Below, piece by piece: positions 1-9,845 of a stretch of 64,000 bases of DNA (the first letter of the stretch is position 1; each line of letters opens with the position of its first letter). The stretch is from a bacterium (GTDB lineage: Bacteria; Patescibacteriota; Patescibacteriia; Patescibacteriales; JAKAJF01), in NCBI GenBank assembly GCA_021788015.1, contig JAJYLD010000006.1:1744-65743 (forward strand), given 5' to 3'. The position numbers and the translations under genes are program-made. Under the pieces are notes generated by a model. It had not been told where the DNA came from, made no database searches, and saw only the letters and a list, made by a program, of their open reading frames with translations.

Positions 1-42
1 AATAATTAACATTATACAATAATAAGTGGTTTCAAGTAAAGA

Positions 43-65
43 AAAACCGGCCTTAGACCGGTTTT
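43..65 (-). terminator. Hairpin plus U-run downstream of the 73..996 gene
   Basis: Arms AAAACCGG (43-50) and CCGGTTTT (58-65) with a 7-nt loop. T-run on the minus strand right after the stop at 73-75. Confidence 0.5.
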
Positions 66-72
66 GAATTTT

Positions 73-996
73 TTATTTTTGCATCGGGATCGGAGGTGTT
101 AGACCCATGCCCATTTTCTGGCTCAAGCATTGGTAACTCCGATCATGTGGCCATCTTGCCGACTCATAATAATTTGACGCATCATTTTTATTCGAGGTTA
201 AAAAATCCGTGCACAATTCATAAGAAGATTTGCCCGTTATTTTGTAGTCGAAATTTTTGCCGGTTGAAGTATTTTTAAAATCATCGGCAGTCAAATAAAA
301 ATTGCCTCCGAGCAAATCATTCAACCCCCCGGGAAGCCTTTTATTAGTTGTGTAGTAATTATTTATGGCCATGCTTATTTGATCGAATTTTTGCAAAATG
401 GCGTTATCGGCATTTCTGTCTCTCACCGTTTTTGGCGAATCAATGAAGAAAAAAGCGGAAATAAAGACAGCCAAAACCAAAATTATTGATCCGAAAAAAT
501 AAGCGCGCGTTATTTTATTTTTTTCTCCCGGCACGATTTGGCGCCTGATGTCATAGAGATAATAGGAAAAAATAATCGCCGCGATAACTATCGCCGTTAA
601 AGATTTCAAGATGAAGTTGGCCGTGATCTCTCCATTTAAAAAACTATTAATTATGGAAATAAACCAGCCGATCATGATCACGGAAGCGATGAATAAAATA
701 AAATAAGTAAGCCATCGCCTCACGCCCGAGTCCTTGGTCAACGCGCCAGAAATGAGATTTTTATTTATCAAGCTCGCGGTAACATAAAAAATCGGAGCTG
801 AAACTATAATCGCCGAGATGGCGAATTTTATCGCTACCTGGTCGAATCCGTCGCCAAGCGACATGTGTGCCACGTCAATGATTTCTTTGTTGATAATTTG
901 AAACACGATCACTCCCGTGGAAATAGCCATAAACACCAAAGCCACGAGCGAGAGCATGTAGAGGAAGGCGAATTTCGCCGAGTTTTGTTGTTCCAT
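73..996 (-). CDS. Polytopic membrane protein, DUF5671-like N-terminal half with a pseudopilin-like C-terminal domain
   Basis: 307-aa ORF with about 6 hydrophobic helices, then a soluble tail (NNYYTTNKRLPGGLNDLL...YELCTDF) typical of CPR DUF5671 proteins. Recognised from memory only. Confidence 0.55.
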   Translation of the reverse strand: MEQQNSAKFAFLYMLSLVALVFMAISTGVIVFQIINKEIIDVAHMSLGDGFDQVAIKFAISAIIVSAPIFYVTASLINKNLISGALTKDSGVRRWLTYFILFIASVIMIGWFISIINSFLNGEITANFILKSLTAIVIAAIIFSYYLYDIRRQIVPGEKNKITRAYFFGSIILVLAVFISAFFFIDSPKTVRDRNADNAILQKFDQISMAINNYYTTNKRLPGGLNDLLGGNFYLTADDFKNTSTGKNFDYKITGKSSYELCTDFLTSNKNDASNYYESARWPHDRSYQCLSQKMGMGLTPPIPMQK

Positions 997-1061
997 AAAA
1001 AATTAAAATTTAAAAATCAAAATGAAAAATGACAATGCAAAATTTAAAAAATAATTAACAA

Positions 1062-2520
1062 TTATTCAATAACATTTTTTTCAGGCTGGGTCCAAATTTC
1101 TTTACGAGGCATGGTTATGGAAAATACAGTGCTGATTATAACTATGAACAAAGAAGCGCCGACAATCCAAACTGGTTTGTTAATTATGTTTCCATAAACA
1201 AAGAGCGGGATTCCAATAATGAAAGAAATAAGTACGCCCCAAAATACGCCTTTTTCGCTTAATCCATCCCAATATAAACTTAAAATAGTCGGAACCATAA
1301 CGCAAGCGGCGATGGTATTGAATACCCACCATAATTGCTGCAACCCAAAATGCGGAATATAAACCGCACCGAGCGAAACAGCTAAACCTAAAATTGAAAT
1401 TCCGATCATGGAAAAACGCGCTTTTTTAATTGCCTCTTTATCGTCCGCCGGTTTTTTAACTATATCGGTAACCCAGAGCGAGCTCGCCGCGGATAGACCG
1501 GCATCCAATGCCGAAGATAATCCGGCAAGCAACATAATTACAAACAAGGAAACCGCCCATGCCGGAAGTAAAGTCGCAACGGTTTGCACTCCTATCATTG
1601 AACTATCGATACCTTTTGGCAAGCCGATATGCAAAGCGGGATTGGCTCCTAAGAAGCCAAGAGTCGAAAGAGCAATCGGCACAATACCGAATAAAACAGA
1701 ACCGAAGATAAATGATTTGGTAACCTGCTCTTCTTTTACGGCGAACGCCCTTTGCCAATTCGATTGATCGGAAATTTAACCCGCAATCAAACCGATAGCA
1801 GTAACAATGCCGAAAGAAAAAGCAACTCCTGGGTCAAACATGCTTTTAATGTTTTCCGTACCGGTAAATCCGGCACTGATCGCATGAAACCCGCCGGCGA
1901 TATGCCATGTTAAAGGCAGCACGATTAAACCGATGACATAAATTAAACTTAACTGTATAAAATCAGTAACCACGGAAGCCTGAAATCCGGAAATGAGAGT
2001 GTAAATTAAAACGATACAGGCCAATATTGGCATGACGGTCGTAAGTGGAATGCCGGTTAATAAGGCCAACAAACTTCCGCCTGCGAACAATTGTACAACA
2101 ACAGCCATGAGCTGGTAGAAAAAATAAGGAAATAAAAATACTTTATGAACACGATTACTGTCGAGCCGATGCCTTATGTATTGAGGAAAAGTATAACCTT
2201 CGGGAAGTAATGCTCGTATTCTTGGCGCAAAGAGAGCAAAAATAAGCAAAGCCAAAATATTCGGCAAAGTGAACCAGAATATGCCGGCCAAACCCATTTG
2301 GTAAGCGGTTTGAACGGATACAAAAAGAGCGGGCGCCCAGATCCATGATGAAGCAATACTGAATCCGCCCAAAACCCAGCCCACTTTTCTGTTGGCCAGC
2401 AAAAATCCGTCTTTTGTACGCCATCCTCGCCATCTTGAAAAAGAAATATGTAATCAAAGTAATGGCTATCGCAAAAATAAGAAGAAACCAATAGCCGGTT
2501 GTTTGTGACACAAAACTCAT
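1062..2520 (-). pseudogene. Sodium:solute symporter (SSF) family transporter, disrupted
   Basis: Three ORF pieces (2155..2520 N-terminus, 1776..2402, 1062..1682) read as one SSF protein. In-frame TAA at 1776-1778 (GLIAG*ISDQSNWQRAFAVK). Frameshift in an A-run near 2412-2416 (..RMAYK / KDGFLLANRK). Confidence 0.75.
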
Positions 2521-2570
2521 AATTTTTATTAATTTTTATATTTTTATTTTCCCTAGGTTCAAACAAATTA

Positions 2571-2595
2571 AAAACATCGCTAAAAGCGATGTTTT
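2571..2595 (-). terminator. Hairpin overlapping the aspS stop codon
   Basis: AAAACATCGC-TAAAA-GCGATGTTTT, followed by T/A-rich sequence on the minus strand. Confidence 0.45.
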
Positions 2596-4396
2596 ATTTT
2601 TTTGTCGTCTTGATATGCAAATCCTTCAATTGTCTTTCGTTCACTTCCGAAGGCGAATCCATCATCACGTCTCTCCCCTGCCCGTCTTTCGGAAAGGCGT
2701 ACATGTCGCGAATCGAATCCCAATCATTTAAAATCATCAAAATGCGATCGATGCCGGGCGCGTTCCCGCCATGAGGAGGAGCGCCGTATTCGAAAGCGCG
2801 GATCATTCCCCCGAACTTCTTATCGACTTCTTCTTTCGTGTAACCGGCGATCCCGAAAGCTTTATACATGATTTCCGGATCATGATTTCTGATGCCTCCG
2901 CTCGACACTTCGAAACCGTTTAAAATCATGTCGTATTGATAAGCCAAAATTTCCAAAGGATTTTTTTCTTTGAGCGCTTGCAGGCCGCCTTGGGGCATGG
3001 AAAAAGGATTATGACTAAAATCGATTTTGCCTTGCTCGGTTTCCGAATAATCGTACATGGGGAAATCGACAATCCAGCACCAGGACGCTTTCGCGTTATC
3101 TTTTAAGTCCAATTTCGCTCCGCATTCGTTCCGAACCGCGCCCAAAGCGTCGCAAACCGTTCGCCAATTGTCAGCTCCGAAAAAGACAATATCGCCGGTA
3201 ACGGCATTCACTCGTCTTATAATCTCTTCAGTCAAGTCATCGCCCAAAAATTTTATGATCGGGGATTGCAAAGCGCCGTCTTCTTTCAAAACGATGTAAG
3301 CCAAACCCTTCGCGCCCTTGCTTTTGGCGATTTCAGTCAAGTCGTCAATTTCTTTTCTCGTGAACCTCGCTCCGCCATCGACTTTTAAAGCATGCACCAC
3401 TCCGCCTTTGGCGATCGCGGAAGCGAAGACGGCAAATCCGCAATTTTTAACCGATTCCGTAACCGGAACGATTTCAAGATTAAAGCGCAGATCGGGTTTG
3501 TCCGAGCCGTATTTGTTCATGGCTTCGCGCCAAGGAATTCTTTTAAATCTGCCATTATCATTTAAACCGATAATTTCTTTTTGACTGAATTCTTTTGTCA
3601 GATCTAGCATCAAAGGTTCCATGATATCAAATACGTCTTCCTGTTCGACAAAACCCATCTCCATGTCCAATTGGTAAAATTCGCCGTAGTGTCTGTCCAC
3701 CCGCGGATCTTCGTCGCGAAAACAGGGAGCGATTTGAAAATACTTATCAACTCCGCCCACCATTAAAAGTTGTTTAAACTGCTGCGGTGCTTGCGGCAAA
3801 GCGTAAAATTTCCCCGGATAATATCGCGACGGCACCAAAAAATCGCGCGCCCCTTCCGGCGAAGAGTTCGCCAAAATCGGAGTTTGCACCTCGACAAAGC
3901 CCTTCTTGTGAAAATAATTGCGAATTGAAGTAATGAATTTATCTTTCGTTTCAAGCATTTTTTGAATTCTTTCCCGCCTCAAATCAACGAATCTGTATTT
4001 TAACCTTATGTTTTCATTTACCCCCTGCGCTTCGTCGCCGATTTCAAAAGGAGGGGTCTTGGATTTGCCTAAAATCTTCAAATTGTCGATTTCCACTTCG
4101 ATTTCGCCCGTTTTCAATTTCGGATTGACCATGTCTTCCGGCCTCCTGACCACTTTGCCCGTAACTTGAATAACCCATTCATTTCGCAGTTTGTCCGCTT
4201 CTTTATGAGCTTCGCTATCGATTTCGGGATCGAATTTAATCTGGGTGATTCCGTATTTATCCCGCAAATCAATAAAAATAATGCCGCCGTGATCACGGCG
4301 GTGATGAACCCAACCGGCCAATTTTACCTCTCGGCCGATGTCTTTCTTATTCAACTCTCCGCAAGTATTTGTACGTAACATACTTTTTCTTAGCAA
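2594..4396 (-). CDS. aspS: Aspartyl-tRNA synthetase (bacterial type)
   Basis: 600 aa. OB-fold N-terminus (LAGWVHHRRDHGGIIFIDLRD) and class II motifs (FRDED, GGxRxH region GGIRNHD). Full length with the bacterial insertion domain. Confidence 0.95.
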   Translation of the reverse strand: MLRKSMLRTNTCGELNKKDIGREVKLAGWVHHRRDHGGIIFIDLRDKYGITQIKFDPEIDSEAHKEADKLRNEWVIQVTGKVVRRPEDMVNPKLKTGEIEVEIDNLKILGKSKTPPFEIGDEAQGVNENIRLKYRFVDLRRERIQKMLETKDKFITSIRNYFHKKGFVEVQTPILANSSPEGARDFLVPSRYYPGKFYALPQAPQQFKQLLMVGGVDKYFQIAPCFRDEDPRVDRHYGEFYQLDMEMGFVEQEDVFDIMEPLMLDLTKEFSQKEIIGLNDNGRFKRIPWREAMNKYGSDKPDLRFNLEIVPVTESVKNCGFAVFASAIAKGGVVHALKVDGGARFTRKEIDDLTEIAKSKGAKGLAYIVLKEDGALQSPIIKFLGDDLTEEIIRRVNAVTGDIVFFGADNWRTVCDALGAVRNECGAKLDLKDNAKASWCWIVDFPMYDYSETEQGKIDFSHNPFSMPQGGLQALKEKNPLEILAYQYDMILNGFEVSSGGIRNHDPEIMYKAFGIAGYTKEEVDKKFGGMIRAFEYGAPPHGGNAPGIDRILMILNDWDSIRDMYAFPKDGQGRDVMMDSPSEVNERQLKDLHIKTTKK

Positions 4397-4671
4397 GCCA
4401 AAGAAAATGATTATTTTTGAAGCTCGCCCCGTTAAATATACTAAGTTTCCGTCAATTTAATTTTTTACTCTCAAACTCAATATCATAGAGAAATACAAAT
4501 TAATTTTAAACAGATTTAACAGGGGGCGAGGACGTTTTCGCGTCGGCATTAATCCATGGCGAGAAAATAAGCATTTTCTTTAGTTTAAAACTGATAAACC
4601 CATTCATGAGTTGTGAGTATATCCTAACAATTTTTTTTAATTTTGGCAAGAAAAAGCCGATCCGTAAAAGA

Positions 4672-4968
4672 TCAGCTGGACTTAAGCCTTGTGCCATTTA
4701 GACCCGATTCGGAATTCCAGATTATTACGGCACCAAGACTGGGATGGAGTTCCAAGAGACTTATTTCTCTCCGGGGGTTTTTCTTTTTTTCTTTTTCCGC
4801 CCAGTCGATGGCCTCTCCCAAGGTCGTCTCACCCAGAACTTTTTCATCCATGCCGGAAAGAAGTTTGAATCTGGAAATCCGATTCGGATCCCTTTCCGTA
4901 ATTTTCAAAACACACATGTTTTCTTTTCCGCCCCTTCCACTCCGAGGATTGCTTCTTCTCCCGCCCAA
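4672..4968 (-). CDS. Small hypothetical protein with an Arg/Gly-rich N-terminus (second gene of a 2-gene cassette)
   Basis: TTG start preceded by GAGGAGG at about 6 nt. Intrinsic terminator (GCTGATC..GATCGGC plus T-run) after the stop. Locally G+C-rich. Confidence 0.45.
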   Translation of the reverse strand: MGGRRSNPRSGRGGKENMCVLKITERDPNRISRFKLLSGMDEKVLGETTLGEAIDWAEKEKKKNPRREISLLELHPSLGAVIIWNSESGLNGTRLKSS

Positions 4969-4988
4969 AATTCACCTCCTCTCAGATC

Positions 4989-5222
4989 TCAATCCGTTCC
5001 GAATTGAGGTATGCCACTTGCATTAAAACAGCAACTTACACCCGGAACAACAAACTTTTCGTCTAATCCCATGAGCTTTGCCCAAATAATCGCCGCTTCT
5101 TTTGTTGAGGAATATTTAAAACCTATTGTTTCGGGCACATTGAAATCTATTACCGCAAAACAAGGCTGGAAGTTTGGGTCAAACATGACTCTTCCCTTCT
5201 CAGTCATTATCATCTCGGCCAT
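4989..5222 (-). CDS. Small hypothetical protein (first gene of a 2-gene cassette)
   Basis: 77-aa ORF. ATG preceded by AAGGAGG at good spacing. No recognisable domain. Confidence 0.5.
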   Translation of the reverse strand: MAEMIMTEKGRVMFDPNFQPCFAVIDFNVPETIGFKYSSTKEAAIIWAKLMGLDEKFVVPGVSCCFNASGIPQFGTD

Positions 5223-5235
5223 GATCGCCTCCTTG

Positions 5236-5940
5236 TCAAAAGTGATATTTTACAAAAGAGCCGGCCAAATTTACGGCCTCCCCCCTTGCTTTGTCTTCTA
5301 TTTTCAAATTAATTAATTCGCTTAATTTTTTTTCAAACCCCAGACGCATAACTTTAATTCCATTTTCTGAAATTTCCGGTTCATGCCCTCGCGCGCAATT
5401 TTCGCAAATCACTCCGCCTTTATCAAAACCTATCCTGTTTCCTTTTGGGACCAATTTTTTCCCGCAATTTACACAATGATACAATTCGGGCTTAAAACCG
5501 AGGCGCGAAAACAAACCCAAAGAAAAAAATGACGATGTCAATTCATGATCAAAATTTTTATTTTTACTTAGGACATCAAAAAATTCTCCCAGAAACTTAA
5601 AAATTTCTTCATCTTTTTCCTCATTTTTTATCAAATTATTGAACATCTCGATTCCTCTCCCCGCCGTTTCTATTTTATCATAATCGATTTTTATATTCGC
5701 AAATCCTTCTTCCAGAGTCGCGCTTCCTATATAATCAAAAGATTTTCCTCGCACCGCCATCAAATTCGACAAAGAAATGGGTTCGATGTGAGCCGCCAAT
5801 TTTGATTTCAGTTTTTTCGTCCCTCGCGCCACAAGATCCAATTTTCCTTTTTCCGAACTGTAAACCGTAACTTTCGAATCGAATTCCCGGAACGATTCGC
5901 GGCTTATTATGAAAGCTTTGAGATTGTAAGTTTCATCCAT
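5236..5940 (-). CDS. recO: DNA repair protein RecO
   Basis: 234 aa. N-terminal OB-like region and a C-terminal zinc motif (CVNCGKK...CENC), typical of RecO. Confidence 0.85.
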   Translation of the reverse strand: MDETYNLKAFIISRESFREFDSKVTVYSSEKGKLDLVARGTKKLKSKLAAHIEPISLSNLMAVRGKSFDYIGSATLEEGFANIKIDYDKIETAGRGIEMFNNLIKNEEKDEEIFKFLGEFFDVLSKNKNFDHELTSSFFSLGLFSRLGFKPELYHCVNCGKKLVPKGNRIGFDKGGVICENCARGHEPEISENGIKVMRLGFEKKLSELINLKIEDKARGEAVNLAGSFVKYHF

Positions 5941-6070
5941 GTATTTAATTCAAAATGCAAAAATCAAGATTATCACCGCCTTGGCGGGATCCCGCCTTCA
6001 ATAATAAAAATAAAGTGGCGGGGCAATTCAAAATTTAAAAATTATTTTAATTCAATTTAAGACTTAATTT

Positions 6071-6228
6071 TTTAAAACACCGAGGGGTTCGGGAGCGGAA
6101 TTGAGTCCCGACAGATGTCGGGAAATTGGAGCCCCCGAAACTTTCCCGCCCGCATCGCTATGCGAAGCATTGCGAGCAGGTTTGGTTACTTTCTTGGTTC
6201 CAAGAAAGTAACTCTTAGCGAAGCGAGT
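6071..6228 (+). repeat. Family-1 modular hairpin repeat, copy A
   Basis: TTTAAAACACC..GGGGTTCGGGAGCGGAATTGAG, hairpin TCCCGAC..GTCGGGA (6106-6123), GGAGCCCCCGAAACTT, hairpin CCCGCCCGCA..TGCGAGCAGG, hairpin GGTTACTTTCTTGG/CCAAGAAAGTAAC, TAGCGAAGCG. Confidence 0.75.
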
Positions 6229-6241
6229 TTAAGTTTAGGCA

Positions 6242-6619
6242 TTATTTAAGTCCGTCTAAAAACTGTTGCAGGATTATCATGGCGGCTACGGCGTCGCGTG
6301 GAGCTTTTGTTTTTTTCGTGCCGGCCAGAGCGTCGGCGGCTTTGCTCGACAATCTTTCGTCGACAAGTTCAATGGGAATGCCGGATCTCGCCATTAATTC
6401 ATCTTTGAATTTTTCAAATTGTTTGGTGACTGGCAATTGGTGGTTGGTTATCGATAGCGGCTTTCCGATTATAATTGCATTTATCTCTTCCTCTTTAATT
6501 ATCTCGAGCACTTCTTCCAAGCCGCCGGCCACCCGAAAAGGAACGGCGATTTTCGTTTCTCCGTCGCCCAAGGCCAAGCCTATCCTTTTTTCGCCCCAAT
6601 CGATACCGAGATAACGCAT
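6242..6619 (-). CDS. ruvX: Holliday junction resolvase-like protein RuvX/YqgF
   Basis: 125 aa. MRYLGIDWGEKRIGLALGD N-terminus and VDERLSS motif. Confidence 0.9.
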   Translation of the reverse strand: MRYLGIDWGEKRIGLALGDGETKIAVPFRVAGGLEEVLEIIKEEEINAIIIGKPLSITNHQLPVTKQFEKFKDELMARSGIPIELVDERLSSKAADALAGTKKTKAPRDAVAAMIILQQFLDGLK

Positions 6620-6752
6620 AATTTAAATTTCCAATTTCTAAATTATAATTTCGAATAAAATTTCAAATGCTAATTTGAAATTTGTCATTAGATATTTTAT
6701 TAGAAATTAGAAATTGCATTTTAGATATTTTAGTTTTGATAACAATACTTTA

Positions 6753-7529
6753 TTACATTGTCAGTACTTCATGCCCATTCTTCGTCACCGCGATCGTATG
6801 CTCGAAATGGGCGCTTAATTTTCCGTCCGCGGTCAAAATCGTGAAGGGATCGCGGCCGTATTTTATATGCGGGGAGCCGACGTTAACCATAGGTTCAATG
6901 GCGATAACCATCCCCGGTTCAAGCTTTATGTCAAAAGCGTCGTTCACAACGAAATTGGGAATCTGCGGATCTTCATGCACGGCTCTGCCCACGCCGTGAC
7001 CGACCAAATCGCGGACAATCGAAAATCCGTTTTTTTCGACATGCGTTTGAATGGCTTCGGCGATATCGTTCAAGGTATTGCCCGGCTTGATTTGTCTTAC
7101 GCCCGAATCCAAAGCTTCTCTTGTCACTTTGATCAATTTTTTCGCTTTGGCGGGTATTTTACCGACCCCGACGGTCGCCGCCATATCGGTATAAAGACCG
7201 TTGTCTTTCGGATATAACATGCCGACATCGATTCCCACAATATCGCCGCTTTCTAATTTTCGCGAAGGCAATGACGGAGCATGCACGACCTCGTCATTGA
7301 TCGAGGTGCATAAAATGGTGGGGAACGGCTCGCCGTTTCTTCCCGATTCGTAATTTTTAAATGAAGGAATTCCTCCGTATTTTTCCATCAAATACTCCGC
7401 CGCTTTTTCCAATTCGCCCGTTTCGATGCCGGGTTTTATTTTCGCAGTTATCTCTTTTAAAATTCGGGCAAGGATTTTTCCTCCTTGCCTTAAAATTTCC
7501 ATTTCTTCTTCTGTTTTTAGATTGATCAT
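6753..7529 (-). CDS. map: Methionine aminopeptidase type I
   Basis: 258 aa with the metal-ligand pattern (D..D..H..E..E), e.g. GIDVG, GHGVGRAVHE, IAIEPM. Confidence 0.95.
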   Translation of the reverse strand: MINLKTEEEMEILRQGGKILARILKEITAKIKPGIETGELEKAAEYLMEKYGGIPSFKNYESGRNGEPFPTILCTSINDEVVHAPSLPSRKLESGDIVGIDVGMLYPKDNGLYTDMAATVGVGKIPAKAKKLIKVTREALDSGVRQIKPGNTLNDIAEAIQTHVEKNGFSIVRDLVGHGVGRAVHEDPQIPNFVVNDAFDIKLEPGMVIAIEPMVNVGSPHIKYGRDPFTILTADGKLSAHFEHTIAVTKNGHEVLTM

Positions 7530-7569
7530 ACTGTCGCCAAATTACAAAATTACGTTTAGGGCTATTCCG

Positions 7570-8778
7570 TCACATCCCCGATCCGGCCAAATTATACATA
7601 GGCAAAATAATCGCCGCAACCATTATACCGACCGCAACGCCCATGACCACCATAATCGCCGGTTCGAGCAACGTCATTATATTGGCGAGAAAATTATCAA
7701 TTTCCCGCGAATAAAAAATGGTAATTCTGTCGAGAATGACGTCGAGTTTGCCGGTTTTTTCCCCGATGTTCATCATTTGGGAAACCATTTTTGGAATTTC
7801 CTTACTGTCGGCGAAAACGCCCGAGATCGAATTCCCGTCTTCCACTTCCTTAATCGTTTTTTCAATCAACTCCTTATAGATTTCATTGCTTACCACCTCT
7901 CCGGATATCTTTAGGCTTTCGGTTATGGCTACGCCTCCCAAAATCAAAGTCGCCATTGATCTGGTGAATCTAACCAAATAAATTCTTTGAAAAAGTTTTC
8001 CAAAAATGGGAATTCTTAATTTTACGTAATCAAAAATTCTCTTTCCCCCTTTCGTTCCCGTATAAAATTTTAAAAATGCGATCACGCCGACTATTATCAA
8101 AAGCAAAAGCATCCAATATTTTATTAAAAAATCTGAAGTGGCCATCACAATACGCGTCGACAAAGGCAGTTGTCCCCCGGTTTCGGCTAGCATTTGCGTC
8201 AATTGAGGAACGACATAAACCATCAATATTATTCCGACGGTGGTTAGCCCGGCGAGAACGAAAATCGGATAAATCATGGCTCCTTTTATTTTGCTCATCA
8301 TGTCATAATCCTTCTCCATCTCGTCGGCGAGATAATTTAAAGATTCCTCGAGTTTTCCCGATGTTTCCCCGGCCTTGATTACGCTTATATAAAAATGGGA
8401 AAAAATTTTCGGCCGCTTAGCCAAGGCTTCGGACAACCTGGAGCCGCTGTCCACTTCATCGGCGATTTCCGAAACCATGGTTTTTAATTTCGGGTTGCTG
8501 ATCTGGTCGATCAAAACTCTCAAAGACTGAACCATGGCCACGTTGGCGGAGATTAAAACGGCGAATTGCCTTGAGAAAATTACCATGTCCTTCGGTGAAA
8601 TCCTATTTAAAAAATCAAGATTAAAATTAATTTTATGACTGACTTCTTTTTTCAGAGAAATCACCGTAAATCCTTTTTCCTGGAGAGTATCGGCCGCGAC
8701 ATCCATATTGGCGGCATCCACCAGACCGCTAAACTGCTGCCTATTTTGGTTTATGGCTTTGTATTTAAAAATTGGCAT
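7570..8778 (-). CDS. pilC: Type IV pilus assembly platform protein PilC (GspF family)
   Basis: 402 aa with a duplicated T2SSF domain and 3 TM segments, adjacent to pilT and pilB. Confidence 0.9.
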   Translation of the reverse strand: MPIFKYKAINQNRQQFSGLVDAANMDVAADTLQEKGFTVISLKKEVSHKINFNLDFLNRISPKDMVIFSRQFAVLISANVAMVQSLRVLIDQISNPKLKTMVSEIADEVDSGSRLSEALAKRPKIFSHFYISVIKAGETSGKLEESLNYLADEMEKDYDMMSKIKGAMIYPIFVLAGLTTVGIILMVYVVPQLTQMLAETGGQLPLSTRIVMATSDFLIKYWMLLLLIIVGVIAFLKFYTGTKGGKRIFDYVKLRIPIFGKLFQRIYLVRFTRSMATLILGGVAITESLKISGEVVSNEIYKELIEKTIKEVEDGNSISGVFADSKEIPKMVSQMMNIGEKTGKLDVILDRITIFYSREIDNFLANIMTLLEPAIMVVMGVAVGIMVAAIILPMYNLAGSGM

Positions 8779-9819
8779 TTAATTGATCTTTAAAGAGTTC
8801 TGTTTTATTTCACCGGTCTTGGTCAATTCTTCTATGCTTTTCCCCATACTAATCATTCCTTCTTTTCTCGAGGTTTGAATAATGCTTTCCAATTGATAAA
8901 TTCTGCCTTCCCTTATCAGGGATTTTACGGCCGAATTCGCAATTAAAACTTCCGTCGCCGGAACCATGCCTCCGCCCATGCGCGGCAACAATCGTTGCAC
9001 GATTATTCCGGAGAGCGTGTCGGCCAAACTGTATCGGGCGGCTTCGCTGTTCATTTTTTTCTCGAGTGAATTCAACATTTTTTCCACGACTCTGATAGTG
9101 TTTTCGGTGTTAAGTTCGAGAAGCACCAAAGCGTTCCCGGAAGCCAAGTCCAAAACCAAAGGCAATACCGAATCGAAATCTTCTTTAAGTTCGCTAAGGT
9201 AAACCAAATCGGCGTCTTCGTCTATGCAATTCTCGATCCCGAGAGCGAAAGATTTGACGTCTTTGCCCACTTGCCTTTGCTCGATTATGCTTTTTTTGCC
9301 GACAAACAAAAATTCAATCGGATTTTCAACGGTTAAAATGCGTTTGCCTTTGCTTTTGTTCACTTCCTCGACCAAAGCGGCGGCCGTAGTAGTTTTCCCG
9401 CTTAACTGGGGTCCGGCGATAATAAAAAGGCCGGAGTCCAAATTAATGATGCTGTTTAAAACTTTTGGCAAATTCAATTCGTTCGGATTTTTGATTATCG
9501 CCGGTATATTGCGAAATGACAAAGAAAGCAGGTCTTTTTGGTAAAAAATTTTAATCAAAAATCTAAAACTGCCCGCGAAATTTTTTACAAGAATGATTTC
9601 CTTTTCCCCTTCCAATTTCTTTTTTTCATCGTCGCTCAAAAACGAGTCGGCTATTTTTTCGATTATTTCCGCCGCCAAAATATTTTCATTGTCCATGGGA
9701 ACAAGCCGGTCGTCAATCCTCAAAACAGGAACGCCACCCACCGAAAAATGAACGGTGGAGGCATTTTTTCTTACCGATTCGGTTAAGATTCGATTGAGAA
9801 AAATTGAAGGTATTTCCAT
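8779..9819 (-). CDS. pilT: PilT-family retraction-type ATPase
   Basis: 346 aa. Walker A GPQLSGKTTT, ILTVENPIEF box, operon context. The Walker B region is somewhat divergent. Confidence 0.8.
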   Translation of the reverse strand: MEIPSIFLNRILTESVRKNASTVHFSVGGVPVLRIDDRLVPMDNENILAAEIIEKIADSFLSDDEKKKLEGEKEIILVKNFAGSFRFLIKIFYQKDLLSLSFRNIPAIIKNPNELNLPKVLNSIINLDSGLFIIAGPQLSGKTTTAAALVEEVNKSKGKRILTVENPIEFLFVGKKSIIEQRQVGKDVKSFALGIENCIDEDADLVYLSELKEDFDSVLPLVLDLASGNALVLLELNTENTIRVVEKMLNSLEKKMNSEAARYSLADTLSGIIVQRLLPRMGGGMVPATEVLIANSAVKSLIREGRIYQLESIIQTSRKEGMISMGKSIEELTKTGEIKQNSLKIN

Positions 9820-9845
9820 AAATTGAACTAACAGTGTATTTATAT

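Noticed and set aside
1776-1778. In-frame TAA in the symporter as evidence for an alternative genetic code or programmed readthrough
   Set aside because: TAA and TGA terminate many well-defined genes here (e.g. aspS, pilus genes, 4989..5222). The same gene also has a frameshift, so a pseudogene is the simpler explanation.
2155-2566. ORFs 2155..2520 and 2174..2566 as independent genes
   Set aside because: Only the first ~35 codons of 2155..2520 make sense, as TM1 of the symporter. The rest is out-of-frame read-through of the frameshifted SSF pseudogene.
4506-5026. ORFs 4506..4697 (-), 4643..5026 (+) and 4744..5007 (+)
   Set aside because: They are antisense to, or overlap, the two SD-preceded small genes, and they have no start context.
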